Shown in pieces: positions 10,573 through 23,475 of a DNA stretch of 64,000 nucleotides. The position numbers and the translations under genes were made by a program. Source of the stretch: Octopus vulgaris (taxonomy: Eukaryota). Positions within the stretch are counted from its first letter, which is position 1, and each line of letters opens with the position of its first letter. Under the pieces are notes generated by a model. That model was not told the origin of the DNA. It did not search any database and worked only from the letters and a program-made list of their open reading frames with translations. The stretch lies in the NCBI GenBank assembly GCA_951406725.2, contig OX597838.1:24676001-24740000 (forward strand), given 5' to 3'.

Positions 10573-10674
10573 GTGAAACCTCATTATCAATTTATTTTCC
10601 CCCAGTCCTTGTGTATACATGTCTCTCTGTGTTTTTTTTTGTGTACTTAATCTTTGCCGATGCGATTGTTTCAG

Positions 10675-10859
10675 GTCCATTTGCAATGAACGGCTGCCCG
10701 CTGCGTCGTGTCAACCAGATCTATGCCATTGCCACCACAGCTAGAGCTAACGTGAGCAAGGTCAAGATACCACCCAGGATAAATGATAACTATTTCAAGA
10801 GGAAGGCCAAGAAGACTAACAAACACAAAGAAGTGGAATTGTTTGAAACAGAGAAGAAG
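10675..10859 (+). CDS. RPL6: RPL6 coding exon 4
   Basis: tttcag|GT CCA TTT...AAG|gtaaat; GPFAMNGCPLRRVNQIYAIAT...DNYFKR. Confidence 0.97.
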
Positions 10860-11612
10860 GTAAATTCACTTTTGGATCTTGTTAACCCTTTAGTGTTCAG
10901 AGTAATCTGTCAAGTGTAATGTTAGTTTATATTTTGAATTAATCTTAGATTATCTTGTTAAGTGATTTTGCTACCGTGATTGTTTAGTGTTAGAATGACA
11001 TTTTAGGGTTCAGGTGGGAGCCCAGATCTGGCCAGTTTCAACATAAAACAGGTCAAATGTTTTGGCTGGAGATGGGTGCTTTGAATGCTAATGGGTGAAG
11101 ACAATTTACTAAACCATGGGTGGTCTTGAGTATATTTTTTTATCCTTTTTGCCTGTTTCAGTCCTGTCACAGTGCAATGTATATTGCCTTAAAAAATTCA
11201 ATCCCGTTTTTTTTTTAATGCTACTTATTTTATCAGTCTCTTTTCTTGGACTGCTATGTTATTGGAGACACATATGCACACATGTATATGATAGGCTTCC
11301 ACTCGGTTTCCATCTATTGATTTCACTCAGACACAACTAGACTGCTTCATCAAATTCATTTCAATAATTAGCATAAGTGGTTGGGAACAGAAACAATTAT
11401 TTGTTTTCTATTTACTATTCAAAATGAGATTTTTAATGTCAGTGTACTTGCTTGAGAAAAGGCTTCATGAGGTGGTGTTTGTAATATCAAGCTGGTTACC
11501 TACTTTGCTGTGGTAATATTATAACCAATAAATGTGAAGACATTTCTTAACAGTGAGTGTTAGGTGCTTCTGCTCAGCTGAAGTGTAAGCTGGATTGCCA
11601 TAAAATGCTGAC

Positions 11613-11842
11613 TTAAGCCTTCCGTTACCAACCCGGCTGAAACCACCTCTGGTTTCTGTGTACAGCCGTCTTGTTTTCATAGGTTTTGAATTAAAATCTT
11701 CCACCAAACCTTAGTCACAATTTATGTTCCTAAAACTAGCTGAATGATAACTAAGTTATTTTACTAAATTCTTTGTTATATTTAAAATAATTGAAAGAAA
11801 CACAGCACATCTCAAAATAAATACAGTAACGAAAGGGTTAAC
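11613..11842. mobile_element. Second TTAA-MITE family (copies at 31615-31836 and, interrupted, 39484-40082)
   Basis: TTAA-(C)CCTTT(C/T)GTTAC...GTAA(C/T)GAAAGGG-TTAA ends; bodies are near-identical between copies. Confidence 0.7.
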
Positions 11843-12184
11843 ATTTTTACTATGCTAAACCTTGAGGACAGCTTAATGTTATATGTTTCTTTGATGACAG
11901 TGGAGATGTAAAGGATATTAGGTGACCATCCACATTGTAGTAACAGTCATAGTGTAAGGAGGTACAACTTTTTTTTTCCCCCTAAAACTCCTATTAATGG
12001 TTTGTGGTATAGTGTAGGTATTAATTTTAATTTCTGCAGAGACCAGTCTATTTCATGTTTCCATTATCAAGTAAGGAGTTATTTTGCATGTTGTGTGTCT
12101 GTCTGTCTATCTCACAGATTGTCATTGTACAAAAGTGTGGCAACGGTGGACGTTCTTCTAAATGTTTTATTGTTTCGATTTCAG

Positions 12185-12346
12185 GAGTATACCCTGACAA
12201 AAGAACGTAAAGAGGACCAGTTGGAGGTGGATAAGCAGGTTATTGATTCTATCAAGAGGCATAAGGAGAGGAAACAACTGAAGGGATACTTACAGTCAAT
12301 GTTTGCTTTGAAAAATAAGATGTACCCCCACAAGATGTTATTCTAA
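12185..12346 (+). CDS. RPL6: RPL6 last coding exon
   Basis: tttcag|GAG TAT; EYTLTKERKEDQLEVDKQV...YLQSMFALKNKMYPHKMLF*. The spliced product is 269 aa. Confidence 0.97.
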   Translation, partial: EYTLTKERKEDQLEVDKQVIDSIKRHKERKQLKGYLQSMFALKNKMYPHKMLF

Positions 12347-12370
12347 ACAGTGTACAAGTTGTTCTTTGGG

Positions 12371-12376
12371 AATAAA
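12371..12376 (+). terminator. RPL6 polyadenylation signal AATAAA
   Basis: 24 nt after the stop codon, followed by a GT/T-rich downstream element. Confidence 0.75.
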
Positions 12377-15300
12377 TCTGTACAGGTCATACGGGGTCTT
12401 TGGCTGTTTTTTTATTATTATTTGTTTGAAGAAGTGTGAGGTTTTGTCAATTTGAGTCTTGTGACTCTTAGACGTGGTCCTGAAGCAGCGATTAGTTGTG
12501 GGAGTGGAAATGGTAAGAATTGATCTTTTTATTTGATGTCCTTCTGTCATCTTGCTGGTTTAGCTATTCATCTATTAAATCTTATCTTTTTATGTTTAAC
12601 TTGTTTCAGTCATGAGACAGGCCATGCTGGGGCACCGCTTTAGATTTTTAGTCAAACTAATCAACCCAAGCACAAGTTATGGGGATGTAAACACACCGAA
12701 TCTGGTTTGTAAGCAGTAGTTGGGGACAGGTATACACACACTCACATATATATACATAAATATATGTATATATATATATATATATACATACACACGTGCG
12801 CATATATAATGTATATTATATCCTTTACTTGTTTCAGTCATTACACTGTGGCCGTGCTAGAGCTGGAGCATGTTTATTACACACACACACACACATATAT
12901 ATATATACATACACCCTTTTTCACACAATAAAGAAGGGGTCCCGAGGCATTCTTGAAATAGCAACCAAATCACCCTCAAATCTTACATCAATAACCAATA
13001 ATTCCTTGGGCTGACCAAAGCCTTGTGAGTGGATTTGGTAGTAGGCGGCAACTGAAAAGCCCATAATATATGTATGTGTCTGTCCCTGTCTTTCCTTGAC
13101 AACTGATGCTGGTGTGTTTACATCCCTGTACCAAGTACTAGACTTACAAAGAATAAGTCCTGGGGTCGATTTGCTTGACTAAAGGCAGCGCTCCAGTATG
13201 ACCACAGTTACATGACAAAACTAAATTTCCACAGTAAAGCAGTTGCTACTTCGTTGGCTAGATTGGTAGAAAGGTTTGTTGAAGTTAAATGGTGGTTTTG
13301 GGTTTCAATTCCTACCAAAGTTTAAACATTTTTTTATTAACTAAAGTTGTTTATAATTGTGGACAAGTGGCTAGAGATGGTCACAACTGGAGTGTCTAAA
13401 AGTAGCAGCCAAATTTTCCTCAAAAAAGATTGTGTGAAAAAGGGTTGCAAGGCAACCTTAACGGAGTAACCAAAAAAGTAAATTTAAATATCTTAATTTT
13501 CTCATTAAAATTGTTACTGCTTCAGTGGCCCAGTAGGTAAGGGTGTTTAGAAGTAGTAATGTAATACAGGAGTGGAAGTTTCAAATCTCTGCCAAGGAAC
13601 TTTTTTTTCTTTTAAATCTTTTGATAAAACAAAAAAAAATCTTCCTTGCAGGACTTCCTTGAGATTGAACCCTGACCAGGATATTCAATGTTGTCTGCAT
13701 AGGCTTCTACCCACGAGTCCACTGGGACCCCCCAATGGTATTAGTTAAAAATGAGATATTTAAATCTATATCAGCTGAAGATAAATAATCAAATCAACAG
13801 ACCTGTTTGGATGCCTTTGTGGAATAAGGGTAGTCAGTGGACGTAGGGATCTAATGCACAGAGGGAGGGTTTGCAGTCGAAGGGAGTTAGATATTTTAAT
13901 TTTCTTTATTTTTACCTATCTCCATAGGGAATAAAAAAAACTTCAGATTTTTATCAAGGCACTGAATGGAACACCTGTGAAGGATTGAATCTTGCTCAGG
14001 ATCTGTAATATTGCATGTGCAGGTACATACAAGACAACACTAATATTTGCTACTAATACTGAGATCTGTACCTCCAGTCAGCTTCATGCAAGTTTGTGCC
14101 TGTGGCTTCCCTGGTCACCATTCTTGATCAGGCATCAGAAAGACCCTCATAAATGAGAGTATATGTGTAAACAAGTCACTGAAAGGCTCCAGGATGGTGA
14201 GTCATCAAAAAACAGATTTGATTTTTGAAATCTATGTTCTAACACCAAAGTAGTCAGTTATAGTTAATCAGAAAATTTAATTTGGCATGAGAAATAAACT
14301 TTTAGATGTGGAACAAAATCATAATTAACTGATCCTCCTGTATTTTCTTTTAAACAAAACCCAAGAATTTTTCAGCACACCCTCATATGTATGTGTGCAC
14401 ATATATATATATCTTTGTAAAACCCCTCGTAATTCTGTACCATGTTTTCCGTTCCTTTTTCTTGTGTTTGTTGCTATACACATCCGCTAGCTTTCTTACA
14501 AAGGAGTCTAATGCTCTTAGCTTAGACATCTTTGGGGACAAACAGATTGAACCATCTCAAGTGTAATTGTTTGAAATGGTCATGACTTCTAGTACTTAAC
14601 TGAAGAAAGAAAGCCAAGAATGACCTGTCCTAATTGTTGTTTCTCTCGTCTGCCTTAAGTGTTGTCTATCTGTCCGAACGTTTTAATGCCTCTATTGCAT
14701 TTTTTATCCATTTTTCTATTCGTATATATATATATATATACACACACACACATGTATATACCTGGCTGTTTATATTAATTTTTAGTGTATGCATTAGTAT
14801 TTCGCTAAATCTATAAATTTCTGTGGTAAATATATTATATGCTGGCAAACGGAATTAGCTGATCATCAGCTGTCTGTGCAGTCACCAGTCTAGGTGCAAT
14901 CCTTTGATCGTTCATGATCTTTACCCTTTTACATTATCCTATGTATCAGTGAAGGTGCATTGATCAGTGATTAGAGTGATGGGCTCAGTTATGAAGTTTG
15001 ATGGTTTATAGAAATATTAGAAAATCCCAGTACTTAACTGTTTTTCATACAAACCAATGAGGGAGCCTCTAAGTAGTCTTAGTCTTCTGTTATAGTTCCA
15101 TTTACATCTGGGATGTTTTACAGGAATATTAAATCAATCCCAAATGAGGCTATGTTGTAAGAAGTTTGCTTCCCAACCACATGGTTCTGGGTTCAGTTCC
15201 ACTGCATGGCACCTTGGGCAGCCTTTTTTTTTTTTTTTTTGCTATAGCCTTGGACTGACCAGAGCCCTGTAAATGGAGTTGGTAGATGGAAACTTGCAAA

Positions 15301-15405
15301 AAATTCGTTATACCGGGGTCGATTCATTTGACTTAGAGTAAATTGTTCAAAGTGGTGCCCCAGCATGGCTGTAGTCTAATGACTGAAACAAGTAAAAGAT
15401 AACAG

Positions 15406-16589
15406 TTACTTTGCTGGCCATTCATTGATGTCTTCAAATAAAAAAGAAGGCAATGAGCAGTCATTGAGATTGGACCATTGCAAAGAAGGAAATACGTCTG
15501 ATATTGGAGTCAATTCACTGTCTTCTATCAATAAAACTTTAACAACTTCTTTTTGGTAAATAACATTATGGCTTTTGCTGTTTTCTCTGGAAGAATAAGC
15601 ATGCTCTTGGCCAATGTTCAGGAGGGTCGAATTAATCCTGGAGCAGTTCTTATGCCGCAGTGTATTGCTGTAGTTAGCAGTGATCTTCCAGTTGTTGGAC
15701 ATCTCTATGTTGCTGTCATCATATAGAGTCTCAACTATTGGTGTTTGAGTAAATATTGTATTCTGGGGTTGGCTAAATTCTTTTGGGGCTGATGAACTTG
15801 TTAATGGATTGTTTTTCTGATTCTCCTCTGACACAAGTTTCTTTACAGTACTTTTATTCTGTTGACTGCTAAGATTGCTCTTACCTGGGACTGAAGTCTG
15901 TTGCCGTGCCAAGAACGGTGGAATTGTCATTTGAGGGAAGTCTTCACTGGAAGCTACAGACAAAGGTGGCAAAGAGTTCTTTGAATTTGGAGCTATAAAT
16001 GAAGAATTATGTTTGTTTGGATTTGACTTGTTCAATTGATTCATTGGTAGATTAACAATATTCTTAAAGACTTTGGCAAATTGGTTTGGCACCTTATCTT
16101 GGAGATTTAGCTGCAAATGCTGCCCTTCTATGGAATGCTGATTCATAACATTTCTGTTAACATTCTCTATTGGCAGTTTATTGTCTTTAATTTCATCTCT
16201 GTTTTCTGTTGTAATCTTAACATGTTTCGAAGTTATACTCATAGAATAAACTGTACTGGCTTTATCAGACTGGTTGTCATCAACATCTACAAGTGTGTCA
16301 TTTGCTGGAGGCTCTATAGTTTTAGAAGACACTGTTTCAGCAGTTTTTGGCCGCTGAGATAAAGGAAGATTCAGTTTTTCCTTAGCAATTCGACAAAATA
16401 CATTGTGTGAGTCAAAGAGGGACTTCAATGTTCTCTGCCGAATTTTAAGAGTGTGGATTTTGCTTAGGAGAATGGCTTTTGATTTTGCAGTGTGGTTCAT
16501 TTGCAAGCCCTGTTGTTTCAACAATTCACAAGTGATTGAATTTGTTCTTTTAATAACTGACAATTTCTCTTGTGATTCTAGTAGAAGGT
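15406..16589 (-). CDS. Uncharacterised SQ-repeat protein, last exon (coiled-coil-like segment, then S/N/Q/K-rich disordered region)
   Basis: 1.2-kb open frame in AT-rich DNA. Acceptor tttctctag|AC at 16589; its phase matches the upstream 97-nt exon. Confidence 0.8.
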
Positions 16590-18181
16590 CTAGAGAAAGA
16601 CAAAATGAAGAATATAAACATAGAGAAAATTTTTTAAAAGATTGAAAATACAAATTCTATTACTAATATTAAATCTCCCAGATGTGAACTTGCCAAGGGA
16701 CATGATTATAATCATTTAACATCTGCTTTCCATGCAAGCATGGGTTGGACGGTTTGACAGGAGCTAGCTAGGCAGAAGACTGCACCAGGCTTTAAGCCTT
16801 TAACAAAGTGTTTTTCAACAGAAACATGGTAAAATGGTAAAGAAAGGGTTAAATTAAAATGAAATTCTGATATTTAGATCAATTTTTGTTTCAAAAACAG
16901 CTAAATAATGCCAGTTATTTTACTGAATTCTTTCAATCTTTTCAAAATTCATTTAATAAAAGGCAATGTAGTTCAATAAAAATGTGGTAGCAAAAGGGTT
17001 AAGTCGTCTTATTTATTAGGAAGTGTCTCAAAATTTTCAAAAATAATGTGCATTATAGAAGTAAAACCAGTTTATTGCAATATGAATTAACAACAAAATC
17101 TAGAATGGAAGCCTAGTTGGGGTCCCCTAATATAGAGTAAGGATCAAGTTAGCTTGGAAAGGAGGGCAATACTGATGACCTTTGCAAGCCTTCAAAGTAT
17201 GATGTGACTAATGACTATTCTGAACATTTGGTCATTGTCCAAAGAAGAAAAATTTTAAGTATGGAGTGGTCAGATTCAGATAGTGACAACAAACGAGCCC
17301 TCTTTATCGTACATTTTTAAGGTACTGTAAAGAGAACTAGGGACAAGGGGATGGTGCTGGATCTACCACACATGTGAGGGAACTAAAAGTCTGATCCAAA
17401 TGCTTGGAATAGGATGGAATCTACAAAAAGGCACCCAAATTGTCAGGTGACCGTAGAGTTACACAAGGGAGATAACCAGTGGTATGTTATTGATAGAATC
17501 CAGCTGAAGTGGATTCTGCTAAAAGTAGCTAGGAGCAGATAGTGGTGGTGGGGGCTAGTATTAAACTGGGGGGGATTTGTTTAGTCTACCCTCGCCCAAG
17601 AAAGATTTTCAACTCACAGGCGCATGTATGGTAAGAAGTTTGCTTCAATCGTTTATCTGAATCAAGGCAACAGCCATGCTGGGGCACCACCTTGAAGAAT
17701 TAGTTAAATGAATCGACCCCAGTATTTTTTCTTTTTAAAGCCTGGTACTTATTCTATCAATCACTTTTGCTGAACCACTAAGTTATGGGGACGTAAACAC
17801 ACAAAGACTCACACATATTCGATGGGCTTCTTTCAGTTTCCATCTGCCAAATCCACTTACAAAGCTCTGGTCAACCCGAGACTATAGTAGAAGGTACTTG
17901 CCCAAGGTGTCACATGTGGGACTGAACCTGGTACCATGTGGTTGGGAAGCAAGCTTCTTACCACACAGCCATGCCTATATTGTTTCATTTAATTTTGAAA
18001 ATAGCCAAGAATTCAGTAAAATAATTTGGTCATTATTTAGCAGCTGCTGTTTGCATTATAAATTCACACAAAATTTTGATAGAAGGTTTTAACTTAGATC
18101 ACAGGACCAACGACAGTCTCAGGTCAGTTAATCTACAGATGCTTCCTTGATAAGACCATATCTAATAATCAACATGTAATA

Positions 18182-18312
18182 TAAGGTTGTCCCAAAAGTT
18201 CGTAAAAACTTTGCAAAAATTTGAATTTTTATGCAATTTTTAATTGTTTGTTTGGGTTTATATTGTTATAGTCAATTTTCGCAAGTGTTTACGAACTTTT
18301 GGGACAACCTAA
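18182..18312. mobile_element. Mariner-type MITE
   Basis: TIRs AGGTTGTCCCAAAAGTTCGTAAA / TTTACGAACTTTTGGGACAACCT with TA flanks. Confidence 0.8.
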
Positions 18313-18336
18313 TAATTAAATTGGTCTTTCACTTAC

Positions 18337-18433
18337 TTGTTAGGTTAGAATAGGATTTAGTTGACAGTTGCTGCTGTATATTCTTGTGAAGTTTTTTAAC
18401 CCCCGTCATACTGGCTCTCGCTGTCTTTGGTTT
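18337..18433 (-). CDS. SQ-repeat protein internal exon (KPKTARASMTGVKKLHKNIQQQLSTKSYSNLT)
   Basis: Acceptor ttcttccaag|, donor |gtaagt, 97 nt. Phase 0 in and phase 1 out joins both neighbouring exons in frame. Confidence 0.7.
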
Positions 18434-19129
18434 CTTGGAAGAAATTCATTAGCAAAATGGTATTAAAAAAAAGTTGATGAGAGGAAAGAATTAATGTAGT
18501 AACTAATTAACAATTAACTGTTGAATTTTTTCTTTTACATATATATAAGATTAGAAATATTTGACAGATGCAATCTTGAATAAAGCAAACCTCTACTTTC
18601 TTGTGAGGAAAAAAATTTATGCTTCATCGTACAAACATATACTTGGTGTTCCATCTGTAATACAGTTGCGTTTGATGTATAACAAGTTTTTGTTATATTT
18701 AAGAATGCAAAAAAACACACCACATCCACTGGCATATATGGTATGCAACTGGTAGGAATTGAACCATTAACTCTGTTAGTTGGCATAGTGATACATGAGC
18801 GATTATGCTACAGCCGTTGATACAAATTATCAGTTATGCTACATAAGGCAGCAAGCTTGAAGAATCGTTACTGTGCCAGACAAACTACTAAGTGGCATTT
18901 CTCCATCTTTATGTTCTGAGTTCAAAGGCTGCCAGGGTCGAATTTGCCTTTTATCCTTTCGGGGTCAATAAAATAAGTACCGGTTGAACTCAATTTTGCC
19001 AAAGCAAAATATTGTCATATTTCAGGTTCAAGCATTGCAACGTGATGGTAAAGGAAACACAATTATGACATTACCACATTTACTGGATATGATCACCTGT
19101 TTCAAATCACAGCCTTAAATCTAGGTGCG

Positions 19130-20100
19130 AATGCTTCACATATGGCACACTGCTTTTCATGCTGAATTCCTGCACATTCCTGGTGCAGTTTTGCCATTAG
19201 AGAATGAAGCATGAGGAGTACTCAAGAACCCCATCTCTAAAATGGACCAAACAGAAAAATCCAATGGGTTGAGATTGGGGTTTTTTGAGGGCCATACATC
19301 ATTGCCTATGAATGATGGAATGTTTTTCTGAATCTAGTGTTGTATTCATTTGGGGCTGTGGGATGGTGTCGAGTCTTGTTGGAGGCCCCAAGGTACACTT
19401 TGAAAGTGCTCGTTTGCCCATAGAAGCAGTTCAGCTTCCAGCTGAGTGATAATTTTAACACCTGAGGGCACAAAAATGTGTGGAAACCTTTCTGTGGCTG
19501 TCACAGCCACCCAAACCATAAATGACAGTGGTTTTTGGTGTCAATTTACGAGTGTATCCTCAATGGGGCCGGATACACTCCAAAGTCAGTTATTCTGGTG
19601 GTTTACTGCATGTTCAATGTCAAATTTCTTTTCACCAGTGAACACCAGGTTGGGCAGCATGCCTTTGGCAATCTGACGCAGGACAAGATGACTTCTCTCC
19701 AGTCTCATGGCCTTATAAACTTGAGCCCATGACAGCAAATCCTCTTGTAGGGGTGGGTCCTGAGATCCTCTTTCAGCACTCAATACATTGATGTTCAGCT
19801 TATTTTTGCTGTGGCAGTCAGTTTTCTAATGGAACAATGAGGGTTTCACCGTATCTTTTCTCTGATACTTTTGATAAGCTGAGGGGTCCACACACTTCTT
19901 TTTGCCATGTCCAGGCTGATCAGTGGTGGAACCAATCTCTTGAAATTTCTTAACAATTTTCCAGACTGTTGTTCAGTTAATTTTAAGCTTTCTGGCTATA
20001 GCTGTATTACATTTGCCTCCTTTGTAGAGGGTTATGATTGTATTTCGGTCTATAGCCATTATCTAATTTATAAATCAGAATTTATTTAGTCTGAAACAAA
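19130..20100 (-). mobile_element. Degenerate Tc1/mariner (maT/DD37D-like) transposase
   Basis: LVFTGEKKFDIEHAVNHQN (first catalytic D region) and WP..NPNLNPLDFSVWSILE (third) are visible across frameshifts. Confidence 0.75.
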
Positions 20101-20189
20101 AAGACACACTAAGCTTTTATAATGATGTATAGTTTTCATATCTTATCACATTTATTGATAGTTATTGAAGCCCAAAACTTTGGTTGGCT

Positions 20190-20760
20190 TAATTTTGGGA
20201 CACCTGGTGAAGCATGACCTTCGAATGTTGGGCCTCACTGAGGCAGTGACAAAAGACATAGACCTCTGACGATATGCTGTGACTGAGAAGACCCGGCAAA
20301 TAAAGTGAGTCCACAGCTGTAACCTACACCAGTGTCGCATAACCAGCTCCCTCAAAAAGTACCTTGGATCGTAGAGCAACATGCCGTGCTTGAGGAGACC
20401 TAGTGAGTCAAGTACATCAAAATCAAATTAAATCACAATCAAATGGAAATTGTAGTTGTGGTCCCCATGCTGGTGGTACATGAAAAGCACCATCTGAACG
20501 TGGTCGATGCTAGTGCTGCATTGACTGGCTCCAGTGCAGGTGACATGTAAAAAGATCGTGGTCAATGCCAGCCCCCTCTGGCCCCTGTGCCAAGGGCACC
20601 CACTACCCTCTCAGAGTGGTTGGCGTTAGGAAGGGCATCCAGCTGTAGAAACACTGCCAGATCAGACTGGAGCCTGGTGCAGCCTCCTGGCTTCCCAGAC
20701 CCCAGTCGAACCGTCCAACCCATGCCAGCATGGAAAACAGACGTTAAACGATGATGATGG
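20190..20760 (+). mobile_element. RTE-type LINE 3' end: ORF tail, 3'UTR and (GAT)n tail. Truncated copies at ~21097-21270(-), 31065-31330(+), 42910-43200(+), 53500-53720(-), 59180-59330(+)
   Basis: LVKHDLRMLGLTEAVTKD..RYAV tail, then the recurrent CCAACCCATGCYAGCATGGAAA..GACGTTAAA(TGA)n end. Confidence 0.7.
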
Positions 20761-22070
20761 TATTCCATCAGTTACAATGGTAAGTGTTGCAGTTGATCTG
20801 ATCCACAGAACAGCTTGCGAATGGTTGAGCACCCCATGAACACATATACTCGTAATGTAGTTATCAGGGAGATTCAGCGAGACAAGGCTGGCCCTTTGAA
20901 TTACAGGAACTACTCAGCTAAGTGGACTCAAGCAACATGACATAAAGAGTCTCGTTCAAGGTCTTAATATACCACTATGAATCAGGTTAAGTACGAGAGC
21001 CAAGATCTTGCTGGTTAGAACATAAAGCAGGTAGAATATGCGGGCCAGTAGGGCCAGTTAAATGCTAAAGAGTTAATAGTGACCACATTATACAATCGTC
21101 GTCGTCATCGTTTAGCGTCCGCTTTCCATGCTAGCATGGGTTGGACGGTTCAACTGGGGTCTGGGAAGCCAGAAGGCTGCACCAGGCCCAGTTTGATCTG
21201 GTAATGTTTCTATGGCTGGATGCCCTTCCTAACGCCAACCACTCCATGAGTGTAGTGGGTGCTTTTTACTGAATAAATTTTATTGCGACATCAGTACTAT
21301 TGGGGTTACCTGTTATCTCACTAAACTAAAACCCCACTGCATGGCACCTAGGGCAAGTGTCTTTTACTAGAGCCCTTCACCAACCAATGCTTTGTAAGTG
21401 AATTTTGTAGGCAGAAGCCCAGTGAAAATCTCTTGTGTATGTATTTACAAGAGGGTGCTAAAAAGTTTGTCTTTAAGGGTATCATAAAAGGCCTGGTTGG
21501 AGGCCCAACATTCTAAGTTCTTTTGCAGGGCTTAGAAAAACTAAAATCATAATTAACTGATCCTCCTGTATTTTCTTTTACCCTTTAAAAATATTTAATG
21601 CCCCGAAACCAGTAGATTTACTCTACAGCAGCCTTTATGCATATTTAGTGCCCTGGAAATAGCATATATACTATATGAGAGGGTGTTGAAAAGTTCCTGA
21701 CTTTAAGGGATCACAAAAGGCCTGGTTGGGGGCCCAACTTTCTGAGTTCTTTTTACATTGGTTTTCTAGTATTAGTTTCAAATTTGGCACAAAGCCAGCA
21801 ATTCCAGAGGAGGGGGTAAGTTGATTACACTGACCCCAGTGCTCAGCTGGTACTTGTTTTAACGATCTTGAAAAGATAACAGGCAAAGTTGACCATAACA
21901 GAATCTGAACTCAGAACACAAGATAGACAAAATGCCGCTATGAATTTGGTCCAGTGTTCTAATGGTTCTACCAGCTTGTTGTTGCTTTTCAGTTCCCTAA
22001 TATTGAACACAATGAATCAAAATCTCTTACAAAAACAATATGAAAATCTTCAATGAAACTTAATACTTAC

Positions 22071-22180
22071 TGTTTGAAAATGCTTTGACTTAGTACTGCG
22101 TATCTGTTGGTTTTTGAAGACAGGTTCTTCGGTGAAGCTATAGGGGTCGAAATCAGGCGGTTCTGTTGAAAGGATGGAAC
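22071..22180 (-). CDS. SQ-repeat protein internal exon (xSILSTEPPDFDPYSFTEEPVFKNQQIRSTKSKHFQT)
   Basis: Acceptor ttttttag|, donor ACA|gtaagt, 110 nt. This frame ends in phase 0, matching the next exon. Confidence 0.65.
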
Positions 22181-22224
22181 CTAAAAAAATTTGAGCAAAA
22201 TAATGATTCTTTTAAAAATTCATA

Positions 22225-22600
22225 GGTGTAGGAGTGACTGTGTGGTAAGTAGTTTGCTTACGAACCACATGGTTCTGGGTTCAGTCCCACTGCATGGCAC
22301 CTTGGGCAAGTGTCTTCTACTATAGCCTCAGGCCGACCAAAGCCTTACGAGTGGATTTGGTAGATGGAAACCGAAAGAAGCCCGTCATATATGTGTATGT
22401 GTGTGTCTGTGTTTGTTACCCCAACATTGCTTGATAACCAATGCTGGTGTGTTTGCGTCCCCATAACTTAGCAGTTCGGCAAAAGAGACCGATAGAATAA
22501 GTACTAGGCTTACAAAGAATAAGTCCTGGAGTTGATTTGCTTGACTTAAGGCGGTACTCCAGCATGGCCACAGTCAAATGATTGAAACAAGTAAAAGAGT
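22225..22600 (+). mobile_element. tRNA-derived SINE family A (most abundant repeat). Other copies at ~26611-26878(-), 26977-27335(+), 31925-32275(-), 38533-38905(+), 40162-40480(+), 48157-48550(+)
   Basis: A box TGGCTGTGTGGT, B box GGTTCAGTCC, internal (TA/TG)n, and 3' GCATGGCCACAGTCAAATGACTGAAACAAGTAAAAG. Confidence 0.85.
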
Positions 22601-22859
22601 ACAATTATTAGAATCAGGGATTTTGAACTAGAAATTGCACTGTAGATACACATATTAATTAAACTGACCCCTTTCTGCTAAAAAAAAAAAACCAGAAACT
22701 CCAAAATACCAGCCTTATACTTACATTTGAAACAATTATTAATATATTCACATAGTTGGTAGATTTGTGGAATCAGTAGAGCATCAAACAAAATACCTTG
22801 TGGCTATTTGTTCTAGCTCTTTATATTCTCACTTCAAATCCCGATGAAGTTAACACACA

Positions 22860-23345
22860 AGGTGTGTACAAAATGTATTCGACATTTGAGCATGAAAAAA
22901 AAACAAATCAATTTTGCATGTTTGATAAATCTTACTTAATCATCTTCAAAATACTCCCTTCTGCCATTTCAGGTAACACTTCTGGGTTGCTATGGAGCTC
23001 TGCTGTTGCTTTTCTCATAATTTCTCCTCACAACTCAAATCGCTTCCCTTTCAGAGTGGTGTTTGGCCTGGAGGAAGAGCCAGAAGTCATATGTGGCTAT
23101 GTAGGGAAGCTGTCCAATGAATAGTGTTGTTCTTGATAAGGAAAGTCAGATTACAGAGTGTGTTCAAAAAGTATCTGACTTTATTTTTTTGCTGACATCC
23201 TATGCATGCATAAACCCTCTGTTTAAATGGAATGCACTGAATCCTGTACTCATTCCCACTCTCCTGGATCGTTACATGACAGTTTTCCAAGACTATTCGC
23301 TGAACCATCTCAATTGGCTCAACAAGTGCTACATAGGTAAACATC
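22860..23345 (-). mobile_element. Degenerate mariner element
   Basis: IEMVQRIVLENCHVTIQE-like HTH segment and LKGKRFE C-terminal motif on the minus strand. Confidence 0.55.
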
Positions 23346-23475
23346 ACAAGGATGGACTAAAAACAGAAGGGGAAGAATTTTTAAAAGGGGTTCCCAAAAG
23401 AACCCCAACCAAACATTGGGGGTCAGATCACCTTGAAGGATAAGTAACCCCCAATCTTACCTTTCTCCAATCAAC

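Noticed and set aside
17070-17610. GC-richer coding-like block in an intron
   Set aside because: Many stops; probably an old LINE 3' fragment, but not assignable with confidence.
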